From contig CAVQVC010000001.1 of the NCBI GenBank assembly GCA_963717065.1, forward strand, positions 1,873,001 through 1,937,000: a stretch of DNA of 64,000 nt. Reading direction: 5' to 3'. Of the stretch, positions 49,592-60,223 are shown piece after piece. Under the pieces are notes generated by a model, which was given only the letters and a program-made list of their open reading frames with translations, was not told where the DNA came from and ran no database searches. The stretch's first letter is position 1. The number at the start of each line of letters is the position of its first letter. The DNA is from an uncultured Chloroflexia bacterium. GTDB lineage: Bacteria; Chloroflexota; Dehalococcoidia; SM23-28-2; RBG-16-64-32. A program made the position numbers and the translations under genes.

Positions 49592-50212
49592 GTGGGAATG
49601 ATCGATCACCTCGTGTTTGCCGCGCCCGACCTCGACCAGGGCGTCGCGTTGATCGAGGAGAAACTCGGCGTGCGGGCCGCGGCGGGCGGAAAGCACGTTG
49701 GGCGGGGCACGCATAACGCGCTGCTCTCATTCGGCAACGGCGCGTACCTGGAGATCATCGCACCGGACCCGGAGCAAGGGGGAGTGACGATGCCGCTGCC
49801 GTTCGGGCTAGACGCCAACGGACCGTCCCGCCTCGTGACATGGGCTGCGCAGGCGCCGGATATCGAGCGGCGGCTGGAAGCGGCGCGAGCAGCGGGATAC
49901 GAGGGTCAGCTCCTGACGATGAGCCGCGAGCTACCGGACGGCAGCCGGTTGGCATGGTCGCTCACGTTCCCGCCGCCGAAGCTGGGAGGGGGCGTCGTGC
50001 CGTTCCTTATCCGGTGGGAGCCGGGGCCTCACCCCTCGGAGACATCACCGGGCGGCTGCGAACTGGTGGACCTGCGCGGCGAGCACCCCGACGCGGAGCC
50101 CGTGCGAAAGTTGTTGCAAGCGATGGATGTTGAGCTTCCGATCGCGGAAGGACCGGCACCGGCATTGATCGCGACGGTCCGCGGCCCGAACGGCGTCGTC
50201 GAGCTGCGCTAG
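49592..50212 (+). CDS. VOC/glyoxalase-like domain protein
   Basis: 206 aa. IDHLVFAAPDL...GTHNALLSFGNGAYLEIIAPDP is a glyoxalase-like pattern. Confidence 0.65.
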   Translation: MGMIDHLVFAAPDLDQGVALIEEKLGVRAAAGGKHVGRGTHNALLSFGNGAYLEIIAPDPEQGGVTMPLPFGLDANGPSRLVTWAAQAPDIERRLEAARAAGYEGQLLTMSRELPDGSRLAWSLTFPPPKLGGGVVPFLIRWEPGPHPSETSPGGCELVDLRGEHPDAEPVRKLLQAMDVELPIAEGPAPALIATVRGPNGVVELR

Positions 50213-50262
50213 CGCACTTGTGCGCGCATCATCGCTGTGGCATCGTGGTCTGCGCCGAAGCC

Positions 50263-50763
50263 ATGAGCGACTTCAACGCCACCGACTACACCCTCATCCG
50301 CCACGGGCACACGTTCGAGGAGTTCGAGGTGGGCCGCGACTTCGAGCACCACTGGGGCCGCACGCTCACCGAAGGCGACAACGCGCTCTTCACGACGACG
50401 ACGCTCGCCTACAACCCGCTCTACTTCAACGCCGAGTACGCCCGCGCGAACGGGCCACCCCGGCATCGTCGTCAACCCGATGCTCGTGCTGTGCACCGTC
50501 GTCGGGCTCTCCGTCGAGGACCTGAGCGAGGCCGGCGGCCCGTTCCTCGGCGTCGACGAGCTGCACGTTCCACCGCCCCGTCTACCCCGGCGACACGCTG
50601 ACAGCGCGCGAGCACCGTCGTCTCGGCGCGCGAGTCGGAGTCGCGGCCCGGAGTTCGGCATCGTCACGTGGCACACGGAGGGCCGCAACCAGCGCGGCGA
50701 GACTCGTCGTCGACTACAAGCGCAGCAACCTCGTCGCGAAGACGCGGGCAGCGCGAGCGATGA
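50263..50763 (+). pseudogene. MaoC-like (R)-hydratase/dehydratase, about 4 frameshifts
   Basis: HHWGRTLTEGDNALFTTTTLAYNPLYFN, then VVNPMLVLCTVVGLSVEDLSE, then GIVTWHTEGRNQRGE, in different frames. Presumed native TGA overlaps the next ATG (ATGA). Confidence 0.65.
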
Positions 50764-52017
50764 CGGCGAGCCCGTACCTCACGGACGAGCGCCTCGCGAT
50801 CCAGGCGAAGGCGCGCCGCTTCGCGATGGACGAAGTGCTGCCGCTCGCCAACGAGCTCGACAAGCAGAAGGCCGACATCCCGCGCGACTTCCTGCCGCCG
50901 CATCGGCGCGATGGGCTACTTCGGCATCATGATCGGCCGCGAGTACGGCGGCATGGGCCACGGCGTCTTCGAGTACGCGCTGATCACGGAGGAGCTGGCG
51001 CGCGCGTGGATGAGCGTCGCCAGCATCATCGCCCGCGGCAACGGCATGGGGACGCACGTCCGACGATCCGGAGCGACGCGCCGAGCTGCTGCGCCGCAGC
51101 GCCGCCGGCGAGTGGATCGGCGCGGCGGCGCTCTCCGAGCCGGGCGCCGGCTCCGATCTCGCGAACGTGCAGTGCCGCGCGACGCGCGACGGCGACGAGT
51201 ACGTGATCACCGGCGAGAAGCGCTGGTGCGGCAACGCGCTCGCCGCCGACTTCATCATGCTGCTGGCACGCACCGCCGACCCGGCGCAGGGCGAGAACCG
51301 CTCGCGCGGGCTCGAGAGCTTCCTCATCGAGAAGGAGCGCGACCGCTTCCCGAAGGGACTGACCGGCACGCCGATCGACAAGATCGGCTACTACGGCATC
51401 ACGACGTTCCACCTCGTGTTCGACGGTCTGCGCGTGCCCGCCGACACCCTGCTGGGCGCGCGGGCGCACGCATGCACGCGGGCACACGCCGCGACGGCGC
51501 AGGGCCGCGCGTTCAACGCGACGATGCACGGGCTCAACGTCGCGCGCATCCACACGGCCGCGCGGGCGATCGGACTCGCGCGCGGCGCGCTCGAGGACTC
51601 GCTCGCCTACGCGCAGGAGCGCGTGCAGTTCGGGCGGCCGATCGGCGACGTTCCAGGCGATCCGCTTCAAGCTCGCCGACATGGCGACGCAGATCGAGGC
51701 GGCGCGCGCGCTGATGTACCAGGTCGCCCAGCGCTGCGACGCCGGCGAATCGATCGAGAACGAAGCGGCGATGGCGAAGCTGTTCGCGACCGAGATGGCG
51801 GAGCGCGTGACCAGCGAAGGCGATCCAGGTCCACGGCGGCAACGGCTACACGACGGAGCGCTCGGTCGAACGCTACTGGCGCGACGCCCGCCTGACGACG
51901 ATCTTCGAGGGCACGTCGGAGATCCAGCGCGTGATCATCTCCGACCGCCTGCTGGGCGCGCGGATGAGCCTTCCGGCGTCTCTATGGGACCACCGCAAGC
52001 TCAGGGGCACGTACTGA
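50760..52017 (+). pseudogene. Acyl-CoA dehydrogenase, at least 5 frameshifts
   Basis: Blocks GYFGIMIGREYGG, AAALSEPGAGSDL, YVITGEKRWCGNA, FGRPIGDFQAIRFKLADM and [32 protein letters not shown] are spread over the three frames. Confidence 0.75.
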
Positions 52018-52021
52018 GCCG

Positions 52022-52501
52022 ATGACTGAGGCGCTGACCGGCAGCGGCAATTACTTCGAGGACTTCAAGGTCGGGCGACGTATCCGACACGCGCGCGGCA
52101 CGACCGTCGGCGAGGTCGAGAACCAGCTGCTGACGAAGCTCGTGATGAACACCGCGCAGGCGCACTTCAACGAGCACGCGATGCGAAGACGCCGTTCGGA
52201 CGCCGGCTCGTCTTCGGACTCGTCACGGGCTCGATCGTCATCGGGCTCGCGACGCAGGACACCGCCGAGAACGCGATCGCGGAAGTGGGCCTCGACAAGC
52301 TGCGCTTCACAGCGCCCGTCTTCCACGGCGATACGCTGTACGCCTACACCGAGGTGCTCTCGAAAGACGGAAGGCGAGCGGCCGCGACGCCGGCATCGTG
52401 CGCTTCAAGCACTGGGGCGTGAACCAGGACGGCAGCGTCGTCTTCGAGGGCGAGCGCACGGTGCTGATCAAGCGGCGCCAGGACGGAGGGCAGAAGTGAG
52501 C
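52022..52501 (+). pseudogene. Second MaoC-like hydratase, about 2-3 frameshifts
   Basis: N-terminus YFEDFKVGRRIRHARGTTVGEVENQLLTKLVMNTAQAHFNE. Later blocks (RFTAPVFHGDTLYAYTEVL, VRFKHWGVNQDG) lie in other frames. The stop overlaps the next GTG start (GTGA). Confidence 0.65.
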
Positions 52502-53702
52502 GAACGGATCGGCCCACTCGCCGACGTGCGCGTCATCGATCTCACGCAGGCGCTGGCGGGGCCGTTCTGCACGATGCTGCTCGCCGACCTCGGCGCGGAC
52601 GTGATCAAGGTGGAGCCGCCGCGCGGCGAGATGACGCGATTCTCCGGGCCGTTCACAGACGACGACGAGACGCGCGCGTTCGGCGGCTACTTCGCCAGCC
52701 TCAACCGCAACAAGCGTAGCCTGATGCTGGACATCAAATCACCCGGCGGCCGGGAGGCGCTCCTCCGCCTTGCCGACAAGTCGGACGCTCTCGTCGAGAA
52801 CTTCGCCGCGGGAGTGATGGACCGTCTCGGCCTGGCTTACGAGACGCTCGGCCAGCGCAACCCGCAGCTCGTCTACGCGGCGATCCGCGGCTTCGGCGAT
52901 CCGCGCACAGGCGAGAGCCCGTACGTCGACTGGCCTGCGTATGACATCGTCGCGCAGGCTATGGGCGGCCTCGTCGGTGTCACCGGCTCGCCGGAGATGG
53001 GCGGCCTCCGCTGCGGCGCCGAGCGTCGGCGACATCATGCCCGGCACCCTGGCGGCCGTCGGCATCGTTTCGGCGGTACATGCACGCGCGGCGCGACGGG
53101 CGAAGGCCAGTTCCTTGACGTGGCGATGTACGACGCCGTTCTCAGCCTCTGCGAACACTACGTCTACCTCTACTCCTACGGCGGCGAGAACCCGGGGCCG
53201 CTCGGAAACGCACACCCGTTCCTCTGCCCGTTCGACGTCTTCGAGGCGAGCGACGGCCAGATCGCCATCGCGGCGCCGACGGATAAGCACTGGCGGCTCC
53301 TCTGCGACCTGATCGGCCGCGCCGGAACTTGGGAACCGACCCGAAGTTCGAGACGAACGAAGGGCGGCAGAAGCACGCGGCGGAGATCCGCGGCATAGTC
53401 AGCGACTGGACAGCGGCACATACTCGGGAGGAGATCGTCGAGCGACTGGGTATGCTGCGTCGCGGCCGGGCCCGTGAACACCATGGCGGACATCTTCGCT
53501 GACCCGCACGTGGCGGCGCGCGAGATGCTGCCGGAGATCGAACAGGAAGGGGCGCGCCCGGTGAAGCTCGCCGGACAGCCGATCAAGCTCACGAAGACGC
53601 CATCGAGATCTACACGCCGGGCGCCAGTGCTCGGGGAACACAACGAGGAGATCCTGGGGGAGATCGGCATGTCAGACAGAGATCTGGAGGCGACCGAAAT
53701 GA
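52498..53702 (+). pseudogene. Family III CoA-transferase (CaiB/BaiF type), several frameshifts
   Basis: VRVIDLTQALAGPFCTMLLADLGADVIKVEPP..., FASLNRNKRS, ENFAAGVMDRLGL, and C-terminal VLGEHNEEILGEIG. Presumed stop in an ATGA overlap with the next gene. Confidence 0.75.
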
Positions 53703-54608
53703 CCGCCCGCCTCCGCCGCTCAGAGCTTGCAGTCCCCGGCTCGAACGAGAGGATGATGGAGAAGGCGGCGAGCAGTGCTGCCGACCTCGTGTTCCTCGAC
53801 CTCGAGGACGCCGTTGCCCCCGCGCAGAAGGAGGAGGCGCGCGAGAAGGTCATCGCGGCGCTGAACCGCCATGACTGGGGACGCCACACAGTGTGCCGTC
53901 CGCATGAACGCGGTCGGTACGGTCTGGGCACTCGACGACGTGCTCCAGGTAGTGGAGCGCGCGGGCGAAAAACTGGACGTGATCATCATCCCGAAGGTAA
54001 AAGCACCCCGCGACGTCTGGTTCGTGGAAACGCTCCTCGACCAGCTCGAGGTCAAGCTCGGGCTCTCGAAGCGAGTCGGCCTCGAGGTTTTGATCGAGGA
54101 GGTGGAGGCGCTGGCGCGCGTGGACGAGATCGCGGCGTCCTCCGCGAGGCTGGAGGCGCTGATCCTGGGTGTCGGCGATCTCTCAGCGAGCCAGGGCGTC
54201 CGTATGGGCCACGTCAGCGACCCCGTTCTGCGTTATCCCGGCGACATCTGGCACTACGCCCGCGTGCGGATGATCGTGGCCGCTCGCAGCAACGGCCTTG
54301 ACGCGATCGACGGTCCGTTTCCGGACTACCGTGACGGCGACGGCTATCGCCGCGAAGCGACGCACGGGAGCACCCTCGGCTGCGTCGGGAAATGGGCGAT
54401 CCACCCGGACCAAGTGCCGATCGCGAACGAAGTGTACGCCCCGACCGAGAAGGAGATCGCGCTGGCGCGACGCATGGTCGAAGCGTACGAAGCCGCCCAG
54501 AGCGGCGGCGCGGGCGCGGGGAGCGCCGCCGGCGTACTCGTGGACGCGGCGAGCGTCCGCATCTTCCAGGCCGTGCTCGACCGGGCGCGGCTGGTGGGCG
54601 AGTCGTAG
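53699..54608 (+). pseudogene. CitE/HpcH-family acyl-CoA lyase (malyl/citramalyl-CoA lyase-like), one frameshift near 53885
   Basis: RRSELAVPGSNERMMEKA, DLVFLDLEDAV, then (ORF 53871..) VRMNAVGTVW, IIPKV, EEVEAL, GDLSAS, and IHPDQV. Confidence 0.8.
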
Positions 54609-54612
54609 CCGT

Positions 54613-55686
54613 TCACCGTCCCCGCGCCTTCATCCGACGACGGTTCTCCTTGTGTATTTGCTTCCAGCGGCGAGTCTCCTCAATCTGCAGCGACCTGTCG
54701 TGCTTCCGCGCGATGTACATGCGTTCGCGCTCCAGCTTGCGATAGCTGCTGAAACGGTCCTCGTCCAGGCTCTCTTCGTCGATCGCGGCGCGTACGGCGC
54801 AACCCGGCTCAGCTTCGTGGCGACAATCGCTGAACGCGCAGGCCGCGGCGAGTTCCTCGATGTCCGCGAACACCGACGACGCGCCGTTGCCGCCGTCCCA
54901 TAGCTGCAGTTCGCGCAACCCCGGTGTGTCGATGATGACGCCGCGGCCTGGCAGCACGAGCATCTGCCGGCTGGTCGTTGTGTGACGCCCGCGGTCGTCG
55001 GCGGCACGGATGTCGTTCACGACCTGCGAGTCCTCTCCGGTGATGCGATTGATCAAGCTGGACTTGCCGACGCCCGAGGAGCCCACGAACACAGCCGTCT
55101 CTCCCATTCGGAGGTGGGACGCGATTTCATCGACGCCATCACCGGTCACCGCGCTCGTGGCCAATACGGGAACAGCTGGGGCGATTGCCTCGACGTCGTC
55201 GAGCAGGCGGGCCGCGTCGTCTGCCAGATCCGACTTGTTCAACGCGATCACCGGGCGGGCGCCGCTCTCCCAAACCGCTGTGAGATAGCGCTCGATACGG
55301 CGCAGGTTCAGCTCTTTGTTGAGCGAGGCAACCAGGACGACAGCATCGACGTTTGCGGCGAGGATCTGCTCGCCGGTCTTCTCGCCAGCCTGTTGGCGGG
55401 ACAGTTTTGTGCGCCGGTCGAGCAGGTCGACGACTAGCATGCGATCTTCGCCGGGCAGCCGCCCCGCGAGCACCCAGTCGCCAACGGCGGGGAGGTCGTC
55501 ACGTCCGGAAGCACGGTGCAGCAGGCGACCGGGAACTATCGCAGGGACAATGCCGGAGGGAGTGACGACGCGATAGGCGCCCTTCAACTCCTCAGCGACG
55601 CGTACGGGGGCCGCGCCAGCCGGGTTCAGTTGTTCAAGTTGTTGCTGAAAGTGGGCGCTCCAGCCCAGGTCTTCGAGTGTGTACAA
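54613..55686 (-). CDS. rsgA: Ribosome small-subunit biogenesis GTPase RsgA
   Basis: 357-aa intact ORF. Circularly permuted GTPase (NKSDL before GSSGVGKSSL) and a C-terminal Zn-finger C..C.H....C (AACAFSDCRHEAEPGCAV). TTG start with a GGAG SD. Confidence 0.9.
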   Translation of the reverse strand: MYTLEDLGWSAHFQQQLEQLNPAGAAPVRVAEELKGAYRVVTPSGIVPAIVPGRLLHRASGRDDLPAVGDWVLAGRLPGEDRMLVVDLLDRRTKLSRQQAGEKTGEQILAANVDAVVLVASLNKELNLRRIERYLTAVWESGARPVIALNKSDLADDAARLLDDVEAIAPAVPVLATSAVTGDGVDEIASHLRMGETAVFVGSSGVGKSSLINRITGEDSQVVNDIRAADDRGRHTTTSRQMLVLPGRGVIIDTPGLRELQLWDGGNGASSVFADIEELAAACAFSDCRHEAEPGCAVRAAIDEESLDEDRFSSYRKLERERMYIARKHDRSLQIEETRRWKQIHKENRRRMKARGR

Positions 55687-55959
55687 CGGTAAGCTCCTGA
55701 TTTCGATGCAAACGAGAGATCGATGGGAGTCTTGCGGGCTTACCGCGCGTTTCCGGAGACAGACAGACGGACTTAAGTTAAAGTCGGGCTGCCTGGAAAC
55801 GATCGCCTAGACGGCGAAGACGGAAGGCACGGGCTCGCCCGCGCATACGTGCGCTGAATCTCTATTCATCTGGCCAAGCCCTCCTTCCGTTCAAAGATGA
55901 CGCCAGATTACCCGAGGAACGACTGCCTGTCAACGGGCGAGTGTGACCTCCGTCACGTG

Positions 55960-56850
55960 CTAGCTTTGCGTGCCGACGTCGGGACAAGGGTCGTTCTGTT
56001 GGACCGACAGCGAGGCGCCGAAACGCAAGAGCTTGAGCGCATCGACGGCATTTACGGCATCGCTGCAGTCGACGTCGCCCTGCAATTCACCGTTGCCGAG
56101 CGCCGTCCCAAGGTCCTCGCAGGCATCAGGCTCCGGGCCAATCTGCTGCACCGGCAAAGAAGCGCCAAACCTGAGCACCTTCAGGGCATCGACCGCGTTG
56201 ACGCCCCCGCTGCAATCTACATCGCCGAAGGACACGGGGCACGATTCGCTGATCGCCACGGTGGCGTTATTGATGACGTTCGGCGGGTAACTGTCATTAA
56301 GCGCGTCGATGTGGGCAGCGTTTGTCAGGGTCAAATTGTGCACACCGTTCGTTACCGGCTGCTTGATGTTAAGTGTGATACGAGCGAGGACGCCAGACCC
56401 CGTCTCTCCAGGCGTTCCACTGACATCTGCTGCGTTGTATCCGAAAGCACCGTCTGAGTCCGGCAGGGGGTCCGGTATAGCAAAAATGCTACTGTCAGGG
56501 TCGGCGACAAGGAGGAAGTTCCCGTTAGCCGCAGTGACAGTGAACACATCAGGATCGTAGTTCAGGACCAAAGTGAATCCGAGCATCGCCGTGGACGCCG
56601 GAATGTTGAGAGCCGTGACATCGACCACGACATTGCCGGAGGCAGCCGAGACGCAGCTGTTCACCGGCCCCAGCGACGTGGCGCTATTCCCGGAAGTTAT
56701 CGCGTCGATGGTCATCGCATCCATCGATTCCGGGTCACCGGCATGCGTGTCCGTCACGTCAAAGCCCCAGAAACCCGTGAGCGCGGTCAGTGTGACAAGC
56801 ACGAGCGTGATTGCGGAAACGGCACCCGCGCGCAGTCCGAGGTGAGCCAT
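55960..56850 (-). CDS. Secreted cohesin-domain protein with two C-terminal dockerin-type repeats
   Basis: The ATG at 56850 has a GGGGAGGG SD. Signal/TM peptide, cohesin-like beta domain, then the duplicated segment GDVDCSGGVNAVDALKVLRFGASL / GDVDCSDAVNAVDALKLLRFGASL. Confidence 0.7.
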   Translation of the reverse strand: MAHLGLRAGAVSAITLVLVTLTALTGFWGFDVTDTHAGDPESMDAMTIDAITSGNSATSLGPVNSCVSAASGNVVVDVTALNIPASTAMLGFTLVLNYDPDVFTVTAANGNFLLVADPDSSIFAIPDPLPDSDGAFGYNAADVSGTPGETGSGVLARITLNIKQPVTNGVHNLTLTNAAHIDALNDSYPPNVINNATVAISESCPVSFGDVDCSGGVNAVDALKVLRFGASLPVQQIGPEPDACEDLGTALGNGELQGDVDCSDAVNAVDALKLLRFGASLSVQQNDPCPDVGTQS

Positions 56851-56955
56851 CAGCCACCCTCCCCAGCTAGCCCCCTCAGCTGTGTTATGTACAGTATTGC
56901 ACGGGCGTCCCGCGCCGTCTACGTCGCTCTGCATCATCATTTCCTCACTCTACGA

Positions 56956-57762
56956 CTACTGCTCGTTCAATGGCCGCGCGCTCTTCAGGTACTCGCGCAT
57001 GAGGCGAGACGCGTCCTCGGAGCGCATCGTCTGCCAGAACGCAGTCTGCTCGTACTTCAAGGCGTCGAGCAAGGGCATCTCGCTGCCCTGGAGGATGCAC
57101 TGCTTGATCAGCGCCACGCTGAGCCGAGGCCGTTCAGCCAACTGCTCTGCCAGCGCCAGGGCCTCCGACATCAGCTGCCCAGGCTCGACTGCGCGGTGGA
57201 CCAAACCGATCCGCTCCGCCGTCTCCGGATCCACCGCGTTCCCCAGCAGCATTAGCTCCATCGCCTTCGCTACCCCGAGTAGCCGCGTCATACGCTGGGT
57301 GCCGCCCGCGCCGGGGAGTATACCCACCCGCACCTCAGGCAGTCCGATCACGGCGCCGTGATGCTTCGCCATCAGCCGGAAATCAGAGGCCAACGCCAGC
57401 TCACAGCCGCCACCCATGGCTGTCCCGTTAATCGCGGCGATCACCGGTTGCGGCAGCGACTGCAGCTTGAGCAAGAGCTTGTGCATGCCGTGCAGTTCTT
57501 CGCCGCCCGGTGTGGCCGTCGCCCCCTGCATGCGGTCCGAGAGTCCGGACAGCTCGCCAACGTCGTAATGTGTGATGAAAATACCGTCGGCGCCCCCTGT
57601 CAGGATGAGTGCGCGGACGTCGCTGTCGTTCTCCAGCTCTCCGGCGAGCGCCGTCAACTCTGCGACCATCGTCGCGTTCAGCAAATTGCGCGGCGGGTTG
57701 CTCATCGTCGCCACGAGGGCCGCTCCATCGCGGCGGATCTGGAGATTCTGGTATTTGGTCAT
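56956..57762 (-). CDS. Enoyl-CoA hydratase/isomerase family protein (intact)
   Basis: 268 aa from the ATG at 57762. Crotonase blocks VIAAINGTAMGGGCELALASDFRLM and GLPEVRVGILPGAGGTQR. Confidence 0.85.
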   Translation of the reverse strand: MTKYQNLQIRRDGAALVATMSNPPRNLLNATMVAELTALAGELENDSDVRALILTGGADGIFITHYDVGELSGLSDRMQGATATPGGEELHGMHKLLLKLQSLPQPVIAAINGTAMGGGCELALASDFRLMAKHHGAVIGLPEVRVGILPGAGGTQRMTRLLGVAKAMELMLLGNAVDPETAERIGLVHRAVEPGQLMSEALALAEQLAERPRLSVALIKQCILQGSEMPLLDALKYEQTAFWQTMRSEDASRLMREYLKSARPLNEQ

Positions 57763-57769
57763 GTCGCGT

Positions 57770-58624
57770 TCAGGCGCCAGCCCTAGCGAACTCCCTCGTG
57801 ACACCCGCGTAGCGATCGAGGAGGACCTGCGCGTCTCCCTCCACGACGGGCGGGATGAAGAAGACACAGCGCTGAACGCCGATCTTGTCGAAGCCTTCGA
57901 TCACCTCGGGTTTCGGAGGAACGCCAAAGCATGACACAGGTATGGGTCCGCGTCCGGCTTCTGCCGCCATGCTATTAAGCTCCTTGATCCGCTCTTCCAG
58001 ACGGCCGGGCCCTCGCATCGGGATGGGCATCCACTCGTCGCCGTAGCTGACCACGCGCTTAAGCGTGTGCTCGCCGTCACCACCGACGAGAATCGGCGGG
58101 TGCGGCTTCTGGACCGGCTTCGGCCAGGACCACGTCGGCGGGAAATCCACGAACTCGCCGTGATATTCGGCCTCGTCCTTGGTCCAGATCTCTTTCATTG
58201 CCTCTATTCGCTCGCGAAGCACCTTCCAGCGACGCCTCGGGTCGGTGCCGTGATCCTCCATCTCTTCCTCATTCCAGCCGCCACCAATCCCGAACAGGAA
58301 GCGGCCGTTCGAGATGAAGTCGGCGCTGGCGACCTCCTTGCCGAGGGTAATCGGATCCCGCTGGATGACCAGACAGATACCAGTGCCGAGCTTGAGGTCC
58401 TTCGTGACTGCCGCCGCGGCGCCGATGGCTACGAACGGGTCCAGCGTGTGCGAGTATTCGCGCGGCAACTCCGCCCCGCCGGGCCAGGGTGTGCGTCGGC
58501 TCGTCGGGATGTGGGTGTGCTCTGGAAAGAAAAGCGAGTCGAAGCCGCGGCTCTCCACTTCCCGGGCCAGAGTGGCAGCATCGATCGCATAGTCCGTCGG
58601 AAACATCGTAATTCCGAACTTCAC
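57770..58624 (-). CDS. LLM-class F420-dependent oxidoreductase
   Basis: 284-aa intact ORF. MKFGITMFPTDY...FDSLFFPEHTHIP...GRFLFGIGGGWN is typical of the F420-linked LLM subfamily. Confidence 0.8.
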   Translation of the reverse strand: MKFGITMFPTDYAIDAATLAREVESRGFDSLFFPEHTHIPTSRRTPWPGGAELPREYSHTLDPFVAIGAAAAVTKDLKLGTGICLVIQRDPITLGKEVASADFISNGRFLFGIGGGWNEEEMEDHGTDPRRRWKVLRERIEAMKEIWTKDEAEYHGEFVDFPPTWSWPKPVQKPHPPILVGGDGEHTLKRVVSYGDEWMPIPMRGPGRLEERIKELNSMAAEAGRGPIPVSCFGVPPKPEVIEGFDKIGVQRCVFFIPPVVEGDAQVLLDRYAGVTREFARAGA

Positions 58625-58771
58625 TTGGGACCTCCTTGGTCGGCGGGCCGGCCGAGTGGCCGCCTGTGGGTTGGGCGTTCCGCAACCGGAAGAATATCAC
58701 TTTGACGTGTCGCGGGGGAGAAGCGCGACGAAATTGTGGAGAGATGCGAGTAAACCGTAGACCCCCCCCGT

Positions 58772-59878
58772 GTGTTACTACTAAATGAACCCGTGAACGA
58801 TCGCAGATACCGCTTTACGCCCCGCCGCAAAACGCCTGCCCGGAGCTATGGCGTGCACCCTATCCTCCTGCCGGTGGCGCTGGGCGTGCTCGTCGTCGCG
58901 AGCTTCTGGCTGCTGCGCGGCAACGGCGGAGACAGCGAAGCCACGTCCGCCACGGAAACTCCCGGTCATTCCGTCGCCGTCCTCGGACCGTCCTGTGCCC
59001 CCTGGCAGCGCTGCGGCACGACGCCGGATCCAGCCCCGCGCGGTGTGGCGGCCGCAGCCGCACCAACGCCGACTGGACCCGCGACACCGATAGAGGAAGC
59101 CGATCCACCAGAGATCACGGGCGTGGCCGCGGTGGTGATGGAAGACCAATGCGCCAAGGTGCTCTACTCCCACAACGAGTCGATGGAACGGGCGCCTGCC
59201 AGCCTGACGAAGATCATGACTGCGCTCGTGGCCGAGGAGCATAGCTCCATGGATGAGCTGGTCCCGATCACGGTTAACGGCTCGGAATTCTCCCTGGAGA
59301 CAGACTCCACCATCATGGGGCTTGAGCCAGGCCAGACGTTGACCATGCGCGACCTCCTGTATGGCCTACTCCTTCCATCCGGGAACGACGCCGCGATTCA
59401 GATAGCGGAACACGTCGGCGGGAGCGTGCCTGAGTTCGTCGAGATGATGAACCTCAAGGCCCGCGAACTGGGGCTCGAACACACGCATTTCGCGAACCCT
59501 CACGGACTCGACGACGAAGGTCACTACACATCTGCACACGACATCGCGATTCTCGGCCGCGAACTCCTCCGCCGCCCGGCACTGGCCGAAATCGTCGGCA
59601 CCCAGGCCTACCAGCCGGGCTGGGACGGCCCCGCCATCGGGAATCTCAACCAGCTGTTGAGCTTCTATCCCGGTACCATCGGCGTGAAGACCGGATACAC
59701 GCCGCTCGCCGGTCAGACGATCGTCGGCGCCGCCGAACAGGGAGGACGCACGATTATCGTTTCTGTGCTGGGGAGCCATTGGGATATCTATAAGGACGTG
59801 AGCGCCTTGCTTGACTGGGCTTTCCAGAGTACCGAGCCGGCCTGCGGGACGGACAGCCTCAGCCTGGCGCCCCGGTAG
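58772..59878 (+). CDS. dacB: D-alanyl-D-alanine carboxypeptidase (S11, PBP5-like)
   Basis: SxxK (ASLTK), SGN (PSGNDAA) and KTG (VKTGYT) motifs, with an N-terminal TM/signal anchor. The GTG start at 58772 is tentative. Confidence 0.85.
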   Translation: MLLLNEPVNDRRYRFTPRRKTPARSYGVHPILLPVALGVLVVASFWLLRGNGGDSEATSATETPGHSVAVLGPSCAPWQRCGTTPDPAPRGVAAAAAPTPTGPATPIEEADPPEITGVAAVVMEDQCAKVLYSHNESMERAPASLTKIMTALVAEEHSSMDELVPITVNGSEFSLETDSTIMGLEPGQTLTMRDLLYGLLLPSGNDAAIQIAEHVGGSVPEFVEMMNLKARELGLEHTHFANPHGLDDEGHYTSAHDIAILGRELLRRPALAEIVGTQAYQPGWDGPAIGNLNQLLSFYPGTIGVKTGYTPLAGQTIVGAAEQGGRTIIVSVLGSHWDIYKDVSALLDWAFQSTEPACGTDSLSLAPR

Positions 59879-60015
59879 GGGCGTTCCTCGAAGAGTCCCC
59901 CCGGACCGAGGTCGTGGCGAGAAAGCGGCGAGCGCGACCGCGGATACTGGCCACAAGAGACAAGCGCCGCCCAGCGCCCCGGGTGGTGCGACGGCGAGAG
60001 CAGGAGGAGGTCGCA

Positions 60016-60141
60016 ATGCTTGACGACATACAGTTCAACAGCCTGAGGATGGGAGCCCAGCTCCGGACGGGCGGCGTGCTGGCCGCGCTGCTGGCGGCGA
60101 TGGCGCTGCTCGGAGCCATCATCTCCGCAACATTCGGCTAG
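60016..60141 (+). CDS. Small hydrophobic protein (41 aa)
   Basis: Strong SD GGAGGAGG 5 nt before the ATG. C-terminal TM helix. A hairpin terminator follows. Confidence 0.4.
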   Translation: MLDDIQFNSLRMGAQLRTGGVLAALLAAMALLGAIISATFG

Positions 60142-60168
60142 ACTCTCTCAGCTCTCACGAAATCGGAA

Positions 60169-60198
60169 AGGGGCCGCCCTCGGGTGGCCCCTTCTTGG
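60169..60198 (+). terminator. Hairpin terminator
   Basis: AGGGGCC / GGCCCCT arms around GCCCTCGGGT, followed by TCTTGG. Confidence 0.45.
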
Positions 60199-60223
60199 CG
60201 TCCATGGCCCACGCGCCGCCATG

